NCBI GenBank assembly: GCA_965249535.1
Contig: OZ252241.1
Span: forward strand, 356,673 to 420,672
DNA from: Vicinamibacterales bacterium
GTDB lineage: Bacteria > Acidobacteriota > Vicinamibacteria > Vicinamibacterales > G965249535
Direction of reading: 5' to 3'
Length of the DNA stretch: 64,000 nucleotides
Numbering within the stretch: position 1 is the first letter of the stretch; each line of letters starts with the position of its first letter. Under the pieces are notes generated by a model. That model was not told the origin of the DNA, ran no database searches, and worked only from the letters and a program-made list of their open reading frames with translations. A program made the position numbers and the translations under genes. This document shows, in pieces, positions 30,218-40,210 of this stretch.

Positions 30218-31816
30218 TCAGGTCTTTGGTCCAGCTGCCTTAATCTCAGGTTCTGTCATTTCTTCAAAGGCCAAAAAGTTTAACGAGAACATCTCGGCCA
30301 ACCTAACAGCCTGCGCATCGTAATCGGTAGCATGAGGCCATGTCCCACGCGGCCGAAGGGTTTGTGCCGACACACCTGGACAACTCAAAGGGACCTCTAT
30401 ATTGAACACACGATCAGCTTCGTATTGTACGTCATCCAACGTTCCAGATAGCGCGGCTTTAATCATTGCGCGTGTTTGTGAAATCTTCATCCTACGTCCC
30501 ACCCCATACGGGCCCCCGGTCCACCCCGTGTTCACTAACCACACTTTTGTATCATTCGCAGCAACTCTCTTCCCCAGAAGTTTTGCGTACACACTTGGGT
30601 GCCAAACCATAAACGGTGCACCAAAACACGTGCTAAATGTTGCCTTCGGTTCCGTAACACCCTTTTCAGTACCAGCAACCTTAGCTGTATAGCCTGATAA
30701 AAAGTGATACGTTGCAGCAGCGGGTGTCAACCGTGCTATAGGCGGAAGAACTCCAAAGGCATCGGCCGTCAACATCACAATATTGAGGGGGGCTGGTCCC
30801 TGTCCAGAAGGAATCGAACCTTCAATAAACGAAATCGGGTACGCGCCACGAGTATTCTCAGTCAACGACTCGTCATTTAGATCAAGCTTACGGGTTATTG
30901 GATCCATAGCAACATTCTCAAGTATCGTTCCAAATTTTTGACTTGTTGCAAAAATCTGAGGCTCAGCCTCGGCCGACAAGTTGATCATTTTCGCGTAGCA
31001 ACCACCTTCAAAATTAAAGATTCCCCGATCACTCCACCCATGTTCATCATCTCCAATTAGCTGACGCTCAGGATCGCTCGACAATGTTGTTTTGCCCGTT
31101 CCCGACAATCCAAAAAAGAGTGCTGAATCATTGTCTGTTCCTACGTTAGCAGAACAATGCATTGGCATCACTTTACGAAGTGGTAAAAGATAGTTCATTA
31201 CGGTAAAGATTGACTTCTTAATTTCTCCCGCATAGCTTGTTCCACCGATCAGAACCAGGCGCTTCGCAAAGTTAAGTACAATAAATACTTCAGAATTTGT
31301 GCCGTGTACTAAGGGATCAGCATCACAACTCGGCACGTTGATTACAGTGAATTCTGGTTGATAATTTCCCGGCCTATCTATCACTTCCCCAGGAATAAAC
31401 ATGTGTCGAGCAAACAGGTTATGCCAAGCAGTTTCAGTAATGACCCTAATCGGGAATCGATGATCAGGATCTGCTCCAGCGAAACAGTCTCTTACAAAAA
31501 GTGCTCTCCCTTGTAAATGACTTAAGACTTTTCTATTAAGTGCTTCAAATTTTTCTACTTCCAGCGGGCGATTAATTGCACCCCAAGACACATGTTGTTC
31601 ACTCGACGGTTCTCTAACAATAAACTTATCATTTGGTGACCTTCCCGTATGTTGGCCGGTCAGACATACGAGCGATCCCCCCTCAGCAATAATGCCTTCC
31701 CCCCTATTCACTGCCTGTTCATACAGTGCTGCCACACTGAGATTCCAAAAAACTGGGCCTGGATTTAGGATGCCGTGAATATCGAGGCCCGAACTCTCCT
31801 TAAATATCTTGTTCAT
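30218..31816 (-). CDS. pckA: phosphoenolpyruvate carboxykinase (ATP)
   Basis: GRSPNDKF and FFGLSGTGKTTLS (kinase-1a) motifs are diagnostic of ATP-type PEPCK. Confidence 0.95.
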   Translation of the reverse strand: MNKIFKESSGLDIHGILNPGPVFWNLSVAALYEQAVNRGEGIIAEGGSLVCLTGQHTGRSPNDKFIVREPSSEQHVSWGAINRPLEVEKFEALNRKVLSHLQGRALFVRDCFAGADPDHRFPIRVITETAWHNLFARHMFIPGEVIDRPGNYQPEFTVINVPSCDADPLVHGTNSEVFIVLNFAKRLVLIGGTSYAGEIKKSIFTVMNYLLPLRKVMPMHCSANVGTDNDSALFFGLSGTGKTTLSSDPERQLIGDDEHGWSDRGIFNFEGGCYAKMINLSAEAEPQIFATSQKFGTILENVAMDPITRKLDLNDESLTENTRGAYPISFIEGSIPSGQGPAPLNIVMLTADAFGVLPPIARLTPAAATYHFLSGYTAKVAGTEKGVTEPKATFSTCFGAPFMVWHPSVYAKLLGKRVAANDTKVWLVNTGWTGGPYGVGRRMKISQTRAMIKAALSGTLDDVQYEADRVFNIEVPLSCPGVSAQTLRPRGTWPHATDYDAQAVRLAEMFSLNFLAFEEMTEPEIKAAGPKT

Positions 31817-32084
31817 TATTCTCCCTGGTAACGACTCATCATCTCACAATATTGCCTAATGGGGTTTCGACTTTCCTTTCACAATTCAAGAACTGGACTA
31901 TTACAGAAATCAGTTAACACGAAACTGTCTGAGCATATCCACAGCTAAACATTGGCGGCTATTCTCAGACCTCCAATGAGAACAACGGACTACAAACAAC
32001 AAAATCAAACAACATTTTAATGGACTCGTTGGGTAATCACTGGGGTGTTGCAACGAATGCTAGAATGGTACCCGTCGACGATCG

Positions 32085-33179
32085 GTGAAGTCAAGACGAG
32101 TGCGGCTTAGCACCTTCACTCAGGCCCCTCATGCGCGCTGGCCTGACATTGACAATTACACAGTGAGGACTTTTATTCGATTCTTGAAATCACGGCGCAT
32201 CTTTATTGATCGTATATTTATACTTGCCTTCACGATGTCAAGTGGCATCACAGGTTGCATATCACCTCCACCACTACCGCCCGCAAGATCTGGATTCACA
32301 AAGCCAACTAGCTACACTATCCGGATTCAGATTGTTAACAGGACGAATGCAAGAATAGCTCGAATTCCCCTGGAAGATTATGTTGCTGGCTCCATTCTGG
32401 CTGAACTTTCTCTAGGAAGTCTGGATCCACCTGTCGCCGAACGAATGGCCAAAGTTCAAGCCATCGTCTCTCGGACTTACACAATTGCGAACCTTGGTAG
32501 GCATGCTAAAGACGGATTTGATCTTTGCGCAACCACACATTGCCAGCTCTTCCACTTTGCGAAATCGTGGCCAACTGAAATTTCACTAATAGCTAAAAGA
32601 GCGGCCGCGGCAACAGCTGGACTTCTCATAATGTACGAACACGAGCCTATTCAAGCACTCTTCCATTCGAACTGTGGAGGACACACCAGTCCGGCAGGTA
32701 GTGTGTGGGGGGGGACGACTCCACCTTATCTGCAGGCGGTGCCAGACGACTTTTGTTCAACTAGTGAACTGAACCCTTGGCGCTTTGACGTGGCAACGGA
32801 CCGTTTACTTAACTCACTTAATCAAAATACGAGAACAAGTGTCGGCTCACATCTTAATCGCATTACCGTTGTTGAGCGCGACAAGGGCGGGCGAGCTGCC
32901 CGCATCATTCTAGACGGAGAACGTTCACTCATGGTACGAGGTGAGGAATTCCGCGCAGCTCTGACTACCACTTTTGGTATCAGATCGATCAGGAGCACTC
33001 GATTTACTGTAAGTCACGAAGCAGAGCAATTTGTGTTCGAAGGATCCGGCTTTGGCCACGGAGTGGGCCTCTGCCAGGCAGGAGCCATCGCTCGCGCTCG
33101 TGCGTCACATTCTCCCCAACAGATCATCCAACATTATTATCCCGGGACTAGATCAGACTACATCAAGCCAAACTCTTAA
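32085..33179 (+). CDS. SpoIID/LytB-domain protein (amidase-enhancer-like), probable lipoprotein
   Basis: LEDYVAGSILAE, FHSNCGGHT and GHGVGLCQxGA motifs. Possible lipobox ITGC. The start codon is uncertain. Confidence 0.75.
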   Translation: MKSRRVRLSTFTQAPHARWPDIDNYTVRTFIRFLKSRRIFIDRIFILAFTMSSGITGCISPPPLPPARSGFTKPTSYTIRIQIVNRTNARIARIPLEDYVAGSILAELSLGSLDPPVAERMAKVQAIVSRTYTIANLGRHAKDGFDLCATTHCQLFHFAKSWPTEISLIAKRAAAATAGLLIMYEHEPIQALFHSNCGGHTSPAGSVWGGTTPPYLQAVPDDFCSTSELNPWRFDVATDRLLNSLNQNTRTSVGSHLNRITVVERDKGGRAARIILDGERSLMVRGEEFRAALTTTFGIRSIRSTRFTVSHEAEQFVFEGSGFGHGVGLCQAGAIARARASHSPQQIIQHYYPGTRSDYIKPNS

Positions 33180-33278
33180 GATCTTCTTACACATCGTTGA
33201 TGCGTGGTTCCGTTCAATAAGATCGAAGCTCTGGGTCCTCATCCGTTAATCGCGTATAATTAAGGAGACCTTCGTTCT

Positions 33279-34523
33279 ATGGTTAATATGAGGGAGAAGA
33301 TCTACGTGCCTCCAGTTATTTTTCGTAAAGGACTCGACCTCAAACAAGCCGTTGCCGTTGACCTCGCAACTGACTATCACAGTTCTCTCGTCGAACAAAG
33401 TATCAATGCAGACTACCGCTACAATGTTGGTCGATTAACAGTACAACTTGCCAACGTATTCGGATTTTGTTACGGTGTTGATCGCGCCGTTGATTATGCT
33501 TACCAGGCCCGCTTAAAGTTCGTCGATCGACCTGTGTATTTGACAGGTGAAATAATTCATAATCCCTACGTTAACGAAAAACTAAGAACCGCTGGGGTCC
33601 GCTTTCTAACTGACCCGGATGAGAGTCCAGATTTACTGGGACCAGAAGCGGTTGTGATTCTTCCAGCATTCGGTGTTACGGTGGCGGATCTTGAGCGATA
33701 CGAACGCCAAGGATGTACTCTTGTTGACACGACTTGTGGTTCGGTTCTTAACGTTTGGAAGAATGTCAGACAATACGCTAAAGCTGGATTCACTGCCATA
33801 ATTCATGGAAAAGCCCACCACGAAGAAACCCAAGCAACGGCGTCACAGGCGCTAGCCTTTCCAAATGGAACTTATCTTGTTGTATTGGACCGAGACCAAG
33901 CAGCCATAGTTTGCGATTACATACGAAATGGGAATAGTCGAAAAGAATTCCTCGATCGCTTCAAAAGCGCTGTCTCAGAAAACTTTGATCCAGACGAAGA
34001 CTTACAGCGTGTCGGGCTAGCAAACCAAACAACCATGCTTATGTCTGAATCCCTTGAGATCGGTGAAATGTTTCGGCAAGCAATGATCGATCGATATGGT
34101 GAGTCCGATCTTGCCAACAGATGTCGCTCCTTTGACACGATCTGTAGCGCAACTCAAGATCGCCAGGATGCAGTGACCAAACTCCTCGATAACCACCGAC
34201 TAGACTTGATGGTGGTAGTCGGTGGTTATAACAGCAGCAACACTCGAAATCTTGCCAGAATGTGCGTTAATCGGGTGCCGACCTACCATATCAATCAACC
34301 AGACTGCATCCTGTCGACTACAGAATTACGGCATCGACCCGTCAAGACAAACCAGACCACGCGCAATGTCCACCAAACTCTTGATGAAGAGATCATTGCT
34401 GGCAATTGGCTTCCGCCTACCGGGCCTATAACTATCGGTCTCACTGCCGGTGCGTCTACACCCAACAACATCATCGGCCAAGCCATGAAAAAGCTCGAGC
34501 AGTGCTCAAATAAGAACTCGTGA
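33279..34523 (+). CDS. ispH: 4-hydroxy-3-methylbut-2-enyl diphosphate reductase, long (cyanobacterial/plant-like) form
   Basis: FGFCYGVDRAV, TGEIIHNPxVN, DTTCGSV and ANQTT motifs. At about 410 aa it is longer than the roughly 310-aa E. coli type. Confidence 0.85.
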   Translation: MVNMREKIYVPPVIFRKGLDLKQAVAVDLATDYHSSLVEQSINADYRYNVGRLTVQLANVFGFCYGVDRAVDYAYQARLKFVDRPVYLTGEIIHNPYVNEKLRTAGVRFLTDPDESPDLLGPEAVVILPAFGVTVADLERYERQGCTLVDTTCGSVLNVWKNVRQYAKAGFTAIIHGKAHHEETQATASQALAFPNGTYLVVLDRDQAAIVCDYIRNGNSRKEFLDRFKSAVSENFDPDEDLQRVGLANQTTMLMSESLEIGEMFRQAMIDRYGESDLANRCRSFDTICSATQDRQDAVTKLLDNHRLDLMVVVGGYNSSNTRNLARMCVNRVPTYHINQPDCILSTTELRHRPVKTNQTTRNVHQTLDEEIIAGNWLPPTGPITIGLTAGASTPNNIIGQAMKKLEQCSNKNS

Positions 34524-34609
34524 GCACTCAAAATCTTCCATTGATTCTGGAACACTTCCTATCTTTTAAGTTGGCGAAACGTCTGAAATAAGACTTTGCA
34601 AGTAAACGA

Positions 34610-35083
34610 TCATGTTTCATCGACCTTCAGTAAAAGCTCTCTAATCGTCAATCCAGTCATTGGGTCTACCATATTCGGCGCAATTTCTGCTAGCGGTCGT
34701 AAAACGAAAGCACGTTCGCGGAAGCGAGGATGAGGAAGTTCAATCTCTAAATTTGAAACAATCAGGTCACCCACAAGGATAAGGTCGAGGTCGAGTGTTC
34801 TTGGGGCTCTGTGAAACGGTCTGTCCCTTCCTCGCTCTTGCTCTATGCTCAGGAGATTAGTAAGTAGATCCACTGGTTGAGCCGCTGACAAACCCACAGC
34901 GGCTGCGTTCAGAAACATTCGCTGCGAGCCCATGTCTACGGGCTCCGTTTCAATAAAGCGCGAAACGACAACATCAAGTAGTAAAGATCTTAATCTCTGT
35001 ACGGCGTAGCTTAGGTGATCTTCACGTGCACCCTGATTACTACCGAGTGCAACAGCGATGCGACGAGTCGGGTTCTGCTCCAT
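34610..35083 (-). CDS. folK: 2-amino-4-hydroxy-6-hydroxymethyldihydropteridine pyrophosphokinase
   Basis: IAVALGSNxG, RTLDLDLIL and HPRxxERAFVLxPL motifs. I chose the start at MEQNP; its ATG overlaps the upstream TGA by 1 nt (TGATG). Confidence 0.85.
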   Translation of the reverse strand: MEQNPTRRIAVALGSNQGAREDHLSYAVQRLRSLLLDVVVSRFIETEPVDMGSQRMFLNAAAVGLSAAQPVDLLTNLLSIEQERGRDRPFHRAPRTLDLDLILVGDLIVSNLEIELPHPRFRERAFVLRPLAEIAPNMVDPMTGLTIRELLLKVDET

Positions 35084-35412
35084 CACACACTTTGTTTCTC
35101 CTTGCATGTGATGCAAACACGTGTCCAGGGAATAGCACTAAGTCGAGACGGTGCGATGGGCTCTCCACAATCGAGACATACTCCATACAAACCTTCGTCG
35201 ATACGTCCGAGGGCATCTTCAATCGCTTGAAGAATCTTTGCATCGGTTTGCTTCAATTTAAGTTGAACATGGACATCGTTATTTCCACTTGATTGATCAG
35301 CCAAATCACCCTGGCGTGTGCTCGAGGCCATTGATACTTGCAGAGGCTTCATTCCTTCAATGGACAAAACCTCATTTCTCTTCCTTAGCAGGGCTGCCTT
35401 GTAACCTGACAT
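35083..35412 (-). CDS. DksA/TraR-family C4 zinc-finger protein
   Basis: CLDCGEPIAPSRLSAIPWTRVCITC is CxxC-N17-CxxC, the DksA/TraR finger. The in-frame ATG is at 35412; the track start is a GTG at 35418 inside the tandem repeat. Confidence 0.75.
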   Translation of the reverse strand: MSGYKAALLRKRNEVLSIEGMKPLQVSMASSTRQGDLADQSSGNNDVHVQLKLKQTDAKILQAIEDALGRIDEGLYGVCLDCGEPIAPSRLSAIPWTRVCITCKEKQSV

Positions 35413-35443
35413 ATTCACCTGACATATTCACCTGACATATTCA
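35405..35443. repeat. perfect 13-bp tandem repeat x3 (CCTGACATATTCA) covering the start codon of the DksA-like gene
   Basis: Read directly from the sequence: copies at 35405-35417, 35418-35430 and 35431-35443 are identical. Confidence 0.95.
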
Positions 35444-35530
35444 TTAGTGCTCCTTAGAACACTACCTCCCGATAGCAAGCCTGCGATTATATCATGATGC
35501 CCACAAAACCCATATAATCTAGCCATAACT

Positions 35531-38080
35531 CTACTCAGTGCGCAGCGTTGCCAAAGGTCTATCCATTAGTACATCGAAATTTGCTAGAACACCGACGAGA
35601 CCAACTACCATAACGGTTAGAATAATGCCAGCCAGTATCTGCAGTGACTCGATGTACCACCGAATCTCGAACACGTATGTGCTCAATACCCACGAAAGGA
35701 TTAACGCACCAACCGCGCCAATAATTCCTGCGAGTGTTCCTAGTAGGCCATACTCGATTACTAGCACCTTCATAATCATTCTTGTCGTTGCTCCAAGAGT
35801 CTTCAGAATTGCAACCTCATAGAGACGCTTGAACTTAGTAACTGCAATCGAGCCCACAAGAATTAAAACACCACTCAATAACGCAACAATGCCAACTATT
35901 GAGATAGCCAACGCAACGTAGTCAATGACCCTCTTCACTGTTTTTAGAATGCTCAGCCCATCGATCACAGAAACATTAGGAAAACTTTCCACAAGGGCGC
36001 GCTGAAGACTAGCACGCTCATCAAGTTCACTCGGTCCCTTCAACAATCCAACGAATGTGTGTGGGGCATCATTAAAAACTCCTGGTCGAAACAGGAACAT
36101 GAATCCACCACTTCGTGAATCATCCCAATCGACTTCTCTTATGCTCGTGACCTTGGCGGTCACAATCCTTCCGAGCACATCGAACCGCATTGTGTCTCCA
36201 ACATGAATGCCGAACCGTCGTTCCAGACTCGCCTCAACTGACACCTCTGGTGATGCCGCTGAACTCTCCCCCCAAAACTCACCATCTATTATCCGTTCGT
36301 TCGCCTCTAGTCGATCTCGATATGTTATTGTGTACTCGCGAGCGAGTGAACCTAAGCGGCGAACTTCTTCGAACCCGTCAACGCTGAGTTCACGGCCTCT
36401 AACACCAACTACTCTTGCTCGAAGTATTGGAATAAACTTTGGCACTTTGTTTTGACTTTGTGCCGATATCGTCTCGCGCACTCCAACCACTTGATCTCCC
36501 TGAACGTCAATGAGAAACATATCTGGTGAATCCTCACGTACCTCCAATGCCAACTCCTGTAAAAGATTCACTTGAACCGCTCGTATACCGATTATAGAAA
36601 ACGAACCAAGCCCAACTACAAGGAGGACCATTCGAGTCTGACTCTGTGGTCCGCATAGGTTCTTGACCGCCTGACGTAATGGAAACCAACTCATCAAACT
36701 AAGTGGCCTGAGTGAGCGACTCACTCCAACAGCTGCAAGATGCAGGGCCATAGTGATACCAACGAACCCAGAACAAACGTAAAATCCAACTTCAAGTGAA
36801 GCGGCTTGCCAACTTGCCAACGCCACTAACATAAAGGCGACTAACACCGTGACTCCCAAACGTGTCCAATCAAGCCCAGATCGCGAAGAAATCAAGTCCC
36901 AGCGTAACAGAAGAAAAGGTTTGATTTGACGTACTTCAAAAAGTGGAACAACTGAGAACAAAACCGAAACCATGACTCCAACAGCGATGCCTTGCATCAC
37001 AGCGGAAGTAGTAAGTCCAAGAGAGACCTCTCCGAGACCCGTCGCGAGTGCAACTTCGTGAGTCAATCTTTCGGGAATGGCGACCAAGGTTCCGGCCGCC
37101 ATAATTACACCAAGCAGACTACCACCTAACCCAAGTACCGTAACCTGCATCAAATAGGTCGCTAGGATCTGTTTTGTTGTTGCTCCCAGACACTTCAAAA
37201 TAGCGATACTTTTGATCTTCTGATGAACAAAAACGCGCGTAACACTCCAAACACCGATACCACCAAGGATCACAACGACAAACCCTACAAGACTGAGATA
37301 ATTCTCAGCCTTTAATAGGGTTTCCGTAACACGATCTTCAGCGGTACGATACGAACGAACATTTACATACTCATTCCTTAGGTTCCGCTTCAACTGTTGC
37401 ATTAACGTAGCAATCTTTTCTTCTGGAATCTTAAGAGCAATCTCACGTCTCGCTCGACTAGCCATACTCACGAGACCTGTTTCATTCAGCTCCTTGTAAC
37501 CAATTAACACTCGTGGACCTAAACTAAAGGCGCCTAACCGACTGCCAGGTTCGCTTAGAATGACACCGCGTATGGTGAACTTAGTAGCACCAATGATAAT
37601 TTTATCGCCGACATCAATACCCAGATGTGTTAACAACTCCGGCCTCACAAGGGCTCCTGATTCGTTGAGCATCCCGTGGAAATATACTTGTCCTGATTCA
37701 AGAACAACGTCACCATGAATAGGAAATCCTGACTGAACACCACGAAGCTCCACCACTGTCGTCAACGTCTTCCATTCGTCGGCCGACCTGACCATAGTGG
37801 TCAGGTCAATGGATTCCATTTTCTCTAATATCCCAACACCTTCGAGTGTTTGCTCGATGATCTTTCGTCCCTCAGCTGTCCATGGTTGCTGTGTCTGAAT
37901 CAGCACATCAGCACCAGTCAAAGTTTTCGCCTCAGCCGTAAGCGATGTCCGAACACTTTGGATAAGCGAACGGAGAACCACTATCGAAGAGACACCTACT
38001 GCGATACAAAAGAAGAAAAAGATGAAACGCCTCCAGGACGTTCGCATTTCACGGAAAACCATTCGGAAGATGAAACCCAT
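35531..38080 (-). CDS. ABC transporter permease, YbbP-like (two FtsX domains, about 10 TM)
   Basis: 849 aa with two FtsX-type 4-TM modules separated by large periplasmic domains. Lies 4 nt downstream of the ATPase gene. Confidence 0.8.
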   Translation of the reverse strand: MGFIFRMVFREMRTSWRRFIFFFFCIAVGVSSIVVLRSLIQSVRTSLTAEAKTLTGADVLIQTQQPWTAEGRKIIEQTLEGVGILEKMESIDLTTMVRSADEWKTLTTVVELRGVQSGFPIHGDVVLESGQVYFHGMLNESGALVRPELLTHLGIDVGDKIIIGATKFTIRGVILSEPGSRLGAFSLGPRVLIGYKELNETGLVSMASRARREIALKIPEEKIATLMQQLKRNLRNEYVNVRSYRTAEDRVTETLLKAENYLSLVGFVVVILGGIGVWSVTRVFVHQKIKSIAILKCLGATTKQILATYLMQVTVLGLGGSLLGVIMAAGTLVAIPERLTHEVALATGLGEVSLGLTTSAVMQGIAVGVMVSVLFSVVPLFEVRQIKPFLLLRWDLISSRSGLDWTRLGVTVLVAFMLVALASWQAASLEVGFYVCSGFVGITMALHLAAVGVSRSLRPLSLMSWFPLRQAVKNLCGPQSQTRMVLLVVGLGSFSIIGIRAVQVNLLQELALEVREDSPDMFLIDVQGDQVVGVRETISAQSQNKVPKFIPILRARVVGVRGRELSVDGFEEVRRLGSLAREYTITYRDRLEANERIIDGEFWGESSAASPEVSVEASLERRFGIHVGDTMRFDVLGRIVTAKVTSIREVDWDDSRSGGFMFLFRPGVFNDAPHTFVGLLKGPSELDERASLQRALVESFPNVSVIDGLSILKTVKRVIDYVALAISIVGIVALLSGVLILVGSIAVTKFKRLYEVAILKTLGATTRMIMKVLVIEYGLLGTLAGIIGAVGALILSWVLSTYVFEIRWYIESLQILAGIILTVMVVGLVGVLANFDVLMDRPLATLRTE

Positions 38081-38084
38081 GTGG

Positions 38085-38807
38085 TTAATAGCTAGGTTGG
38101 CCTTCTTTTTGCTTTACCTCTTTCCAAAACCCCGTCTCATCACCCTGAATTCGAGCGATCTTACCGTCTCGCATCGAAAGTGTAGCGTCTGCATGATCCG
38201 TCAACGATCTATCGTGAGTAACCAAAACGATCGTCGTGCCGCGAATTCGATTAGCCTTAGAAAGCAGTTCCACAACGTGCTGGCTGTTAGCGCTGTCCAG
38301 ATTTCCTGTCGGTTCATCCGCCAGAAGAATAGGCGGATCGTTCGCCATGGCCCGAGCGATCGCCACCCTCTGTTGCTCACCACCCGATAGCTGCCATGGA
38401 TAGTGATTCTCGCGATCATTAAGCCCAACCTCAGCAAGCAGAGCCCTTGCCCTAGAAGTACCATCATCCACACCAGAAATCTCTAAGGGAATCAAAATAT
38501 TTTCTAGAGCTGTCAGCGATGGCATCAGGTGAAAAAATTGAAACACAAAGCCAATCTTGATTCCACGTAGCTTGGCAAGAGCATCCTCACTCAGAACGGT
38601 TATATCAACATCATCGATAATTATTTGTCCGGTTGATGGACTGTCTAATCCAGCTATTAGACCGAGCAGTGTAGATTTACCACTACCCGATGGTCCTACC
38701 AAGGCTAGATACTGACCGGAAGGAATTGTAAGATCCAGACTATGAAGAATAGTCAACTGCTCATTACCACTCGGAACTGTTTTCGACACTCCTCTCAATT
38801 CGATCAT
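38085..38807 (-). CDS. ABC transporter ATP-binding protein, YbbA/LolD-like
   Basis: Walker A GPSGSGKST, signature LSGGEQQR, Walker B ILLADEPT. Confidence 0.9.
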   Translation of the reverse strand: MIELRGVSKTVPSGNEQLTILHSLDLTIPSGQYLALVGPSGSGKSTLLGLIAGLDSPSTGQIIIDDVDITVLSEDALAKLRGIKIGFVFQFFHLMPSLTALENILIPLEISGVDDGTSRARALLAEVGLNDRENHYPWQLSGGEQQRVAIARAMANDPPILLADEPTGNLDSANSQHVVELLSKANRIRGTTIVLVTHDRSLTDHADATLSMRDGKIARIQGDETGFWKEVKQKEGQPSY

Positions 38808-38905
38808 AATCCATCCGCAACTAGCTCAGAGGTGACGTAACACCATAACCACACGGACGCTGACCTGAATTCGACCAATTCATCCGGATAGATCCATTTC
38901 TCAAA

Positions 38906-39619
38906 TTAGTAACCTTCGTTTATCCTGTTTGCCTCTAACATTGGTTGAAGAGTCTGCCAGAGATATTCGGCAATCACCTCGGCACCCTCGGTATTTGGAT
39001 GAATACCATCGGACTGGTTCAGATCAGGATTCCCGGCGACATCAGTTAACAGAAATGGTGCAAAGGCAATATCGTACTCGTCAGCAAGTCCGCTGAATAC
39101 TTCTCGAAATTGTTCCGTATACAGCGTTCCAAAGTTCGGCGGAGCCTCCATACCAGCTAATAGAACAGCTACTCCACTTTCCATTGCACGTTCTATAACC
39201 TTTGAAAGGTTCTCCCTCATCTGCATGACTGGCAAACCGCGCAGCCCATCATTCGCGCCAAGCGCCACGATCAAGAACCTTACGTCACCTGCTAATGCCC
39301 ATCCCAGTCGTCTCAAACCGCCGGCAGACGTATCTCCGGACACCCCAGCACTAATCACATCGAGTTCATAACCAGCTTCGGTTACAAGTTTCTGCAATAT
39401 TGATGGATAAGCTTCATCGTTACGAAGACCTAGGCCAACAGTAAGACTGTCACCAAGTGCTACGATACGTGGCCGGCTGACCCCAAATTCAGTGCTGTTG
39501 GTTTTTGCTTCAGAAGCTGATATCGATTCCGGTGTCCCCTCCTTGCAGGATACCAGTAGGATTATAGTAATCGCCAAACTGAAAAGAGATTGAAAATGGT
39601 TCTGTCGAGTCACAGCCAT
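38906..39619 (-). CDS. SGNH/GDSL arylesterase-thioesterase (TesA-like), probable lipoprotein
   Basis: VALGDSLTVG (block I Ser), GANDG (block III) and DGIHPN (block V). Signal with LVSC. The tesA/ybbA/ybbP association is known from E. coli. Confidence 0.8.
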   Translation of the reverse strand: MAVTRQNHFQSLFSLAITIILLVSCKEGTPESISASEAKTNSTEFGVSRPRIVALGDSLTVGLGLRNDEAYPSILQKLVTEAGYELDVISAGVSGDTSAGGLRRLGWALAGDVRFLIVALGANDGLRGLPVMQMRENLSKVIERAMESGVAVLLAGMEAPPNFGTLYTEQFREVFSGLADEYDIAFAPFLLTDVAGNPDLNQSDGIHPNTEGAEVIAEYLWQTLQPMLEANRINEGY

Positions 39620-39685
39620 AGTATCTTCATTATCCTACAGATAGACCTTTGCACACTAAGACCTAACCGTTACACACTAACGATT

Positions 39686-40081
39686 TCACAATATTCGACC
39701 CCTAGTGAGGTTCTCTCTCAACACATACGAATAGATAAACACATTAATCAATAGCAATAGAACACCCAGAACTATCTGCGTATCGCGTGTTAGATTGTCC
39801 GGATAAAGTATGGATATCGCATACTGTTGGAGAAAATCGCCTTTATAATCATTTTCACTACTCGCTGCGCGAAACCAATTCTCTAACGGTGTCAGTGGGC
39901 AGATCACATCTAACCATTCAACAGAAACACCCCAGATTACGGCCGGGAGATGTACCCAAGTCAGACGCTTCCACTTAAGCACAAATAATCCACCTGCAAT
40001 TACGAAGAGGACAAAAGTCAGATGGAGCACTACGACCGCGTCCGCCAGTAGTCTGTACAGCACTATGATGCCCCTTGCCAA
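39686..40081 (-). CDS. DUF2784-type small membrane protein
   Basis: 131 aa with four hydrophobic segments and a CPLTPLENWxR motif. Confidence 0.6.
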   Translation of the reverse strand: MARGIIVLYRLLADAVVVLHLTFVLFVIAGGLFVLKWKRLTWVHLPAVIWGVSVEWLDVICPLTPLENWFRAASSENDYKGDFLQQYAISILYPDNLTRDTQIVLGVLLLLINVFIYSYVLRENLTRGRIL

Positions 40082-40183
40082 GGTAGAAATCCGTTCAAGA
40101 TTTGGCTGATATTTTACAAGCGATATAACTAAGAGACTACACTAACAACTGATAGGATCTCAGAGTGTGGCTTAAAATTGTCG

Positions 40184-40191
40184 AACTTGTC
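40184..40191. repeat. target-site duplication, left copy (AACTTGTC)
   Basis: Identical octamer at 42505-42512. Each copy is immediately outside an IR. Confidence 0.8.
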
Positions 40192-40208
40192 GGTAGTGGT
40201 CAAGTTTG
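40192..40208. repeat. terminal inverted repeat, transposase-stop end (GGTAGTGGTCAAGTTTG)
   Basis: The reverse complement of 42488-42504 is GGCAGTGGTCAAGTTTG, a 16/17 match. The GGT.GTG start resembles the IS1 IR. Confidence 0.85.
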
Positions 40209-40210
40209 AA

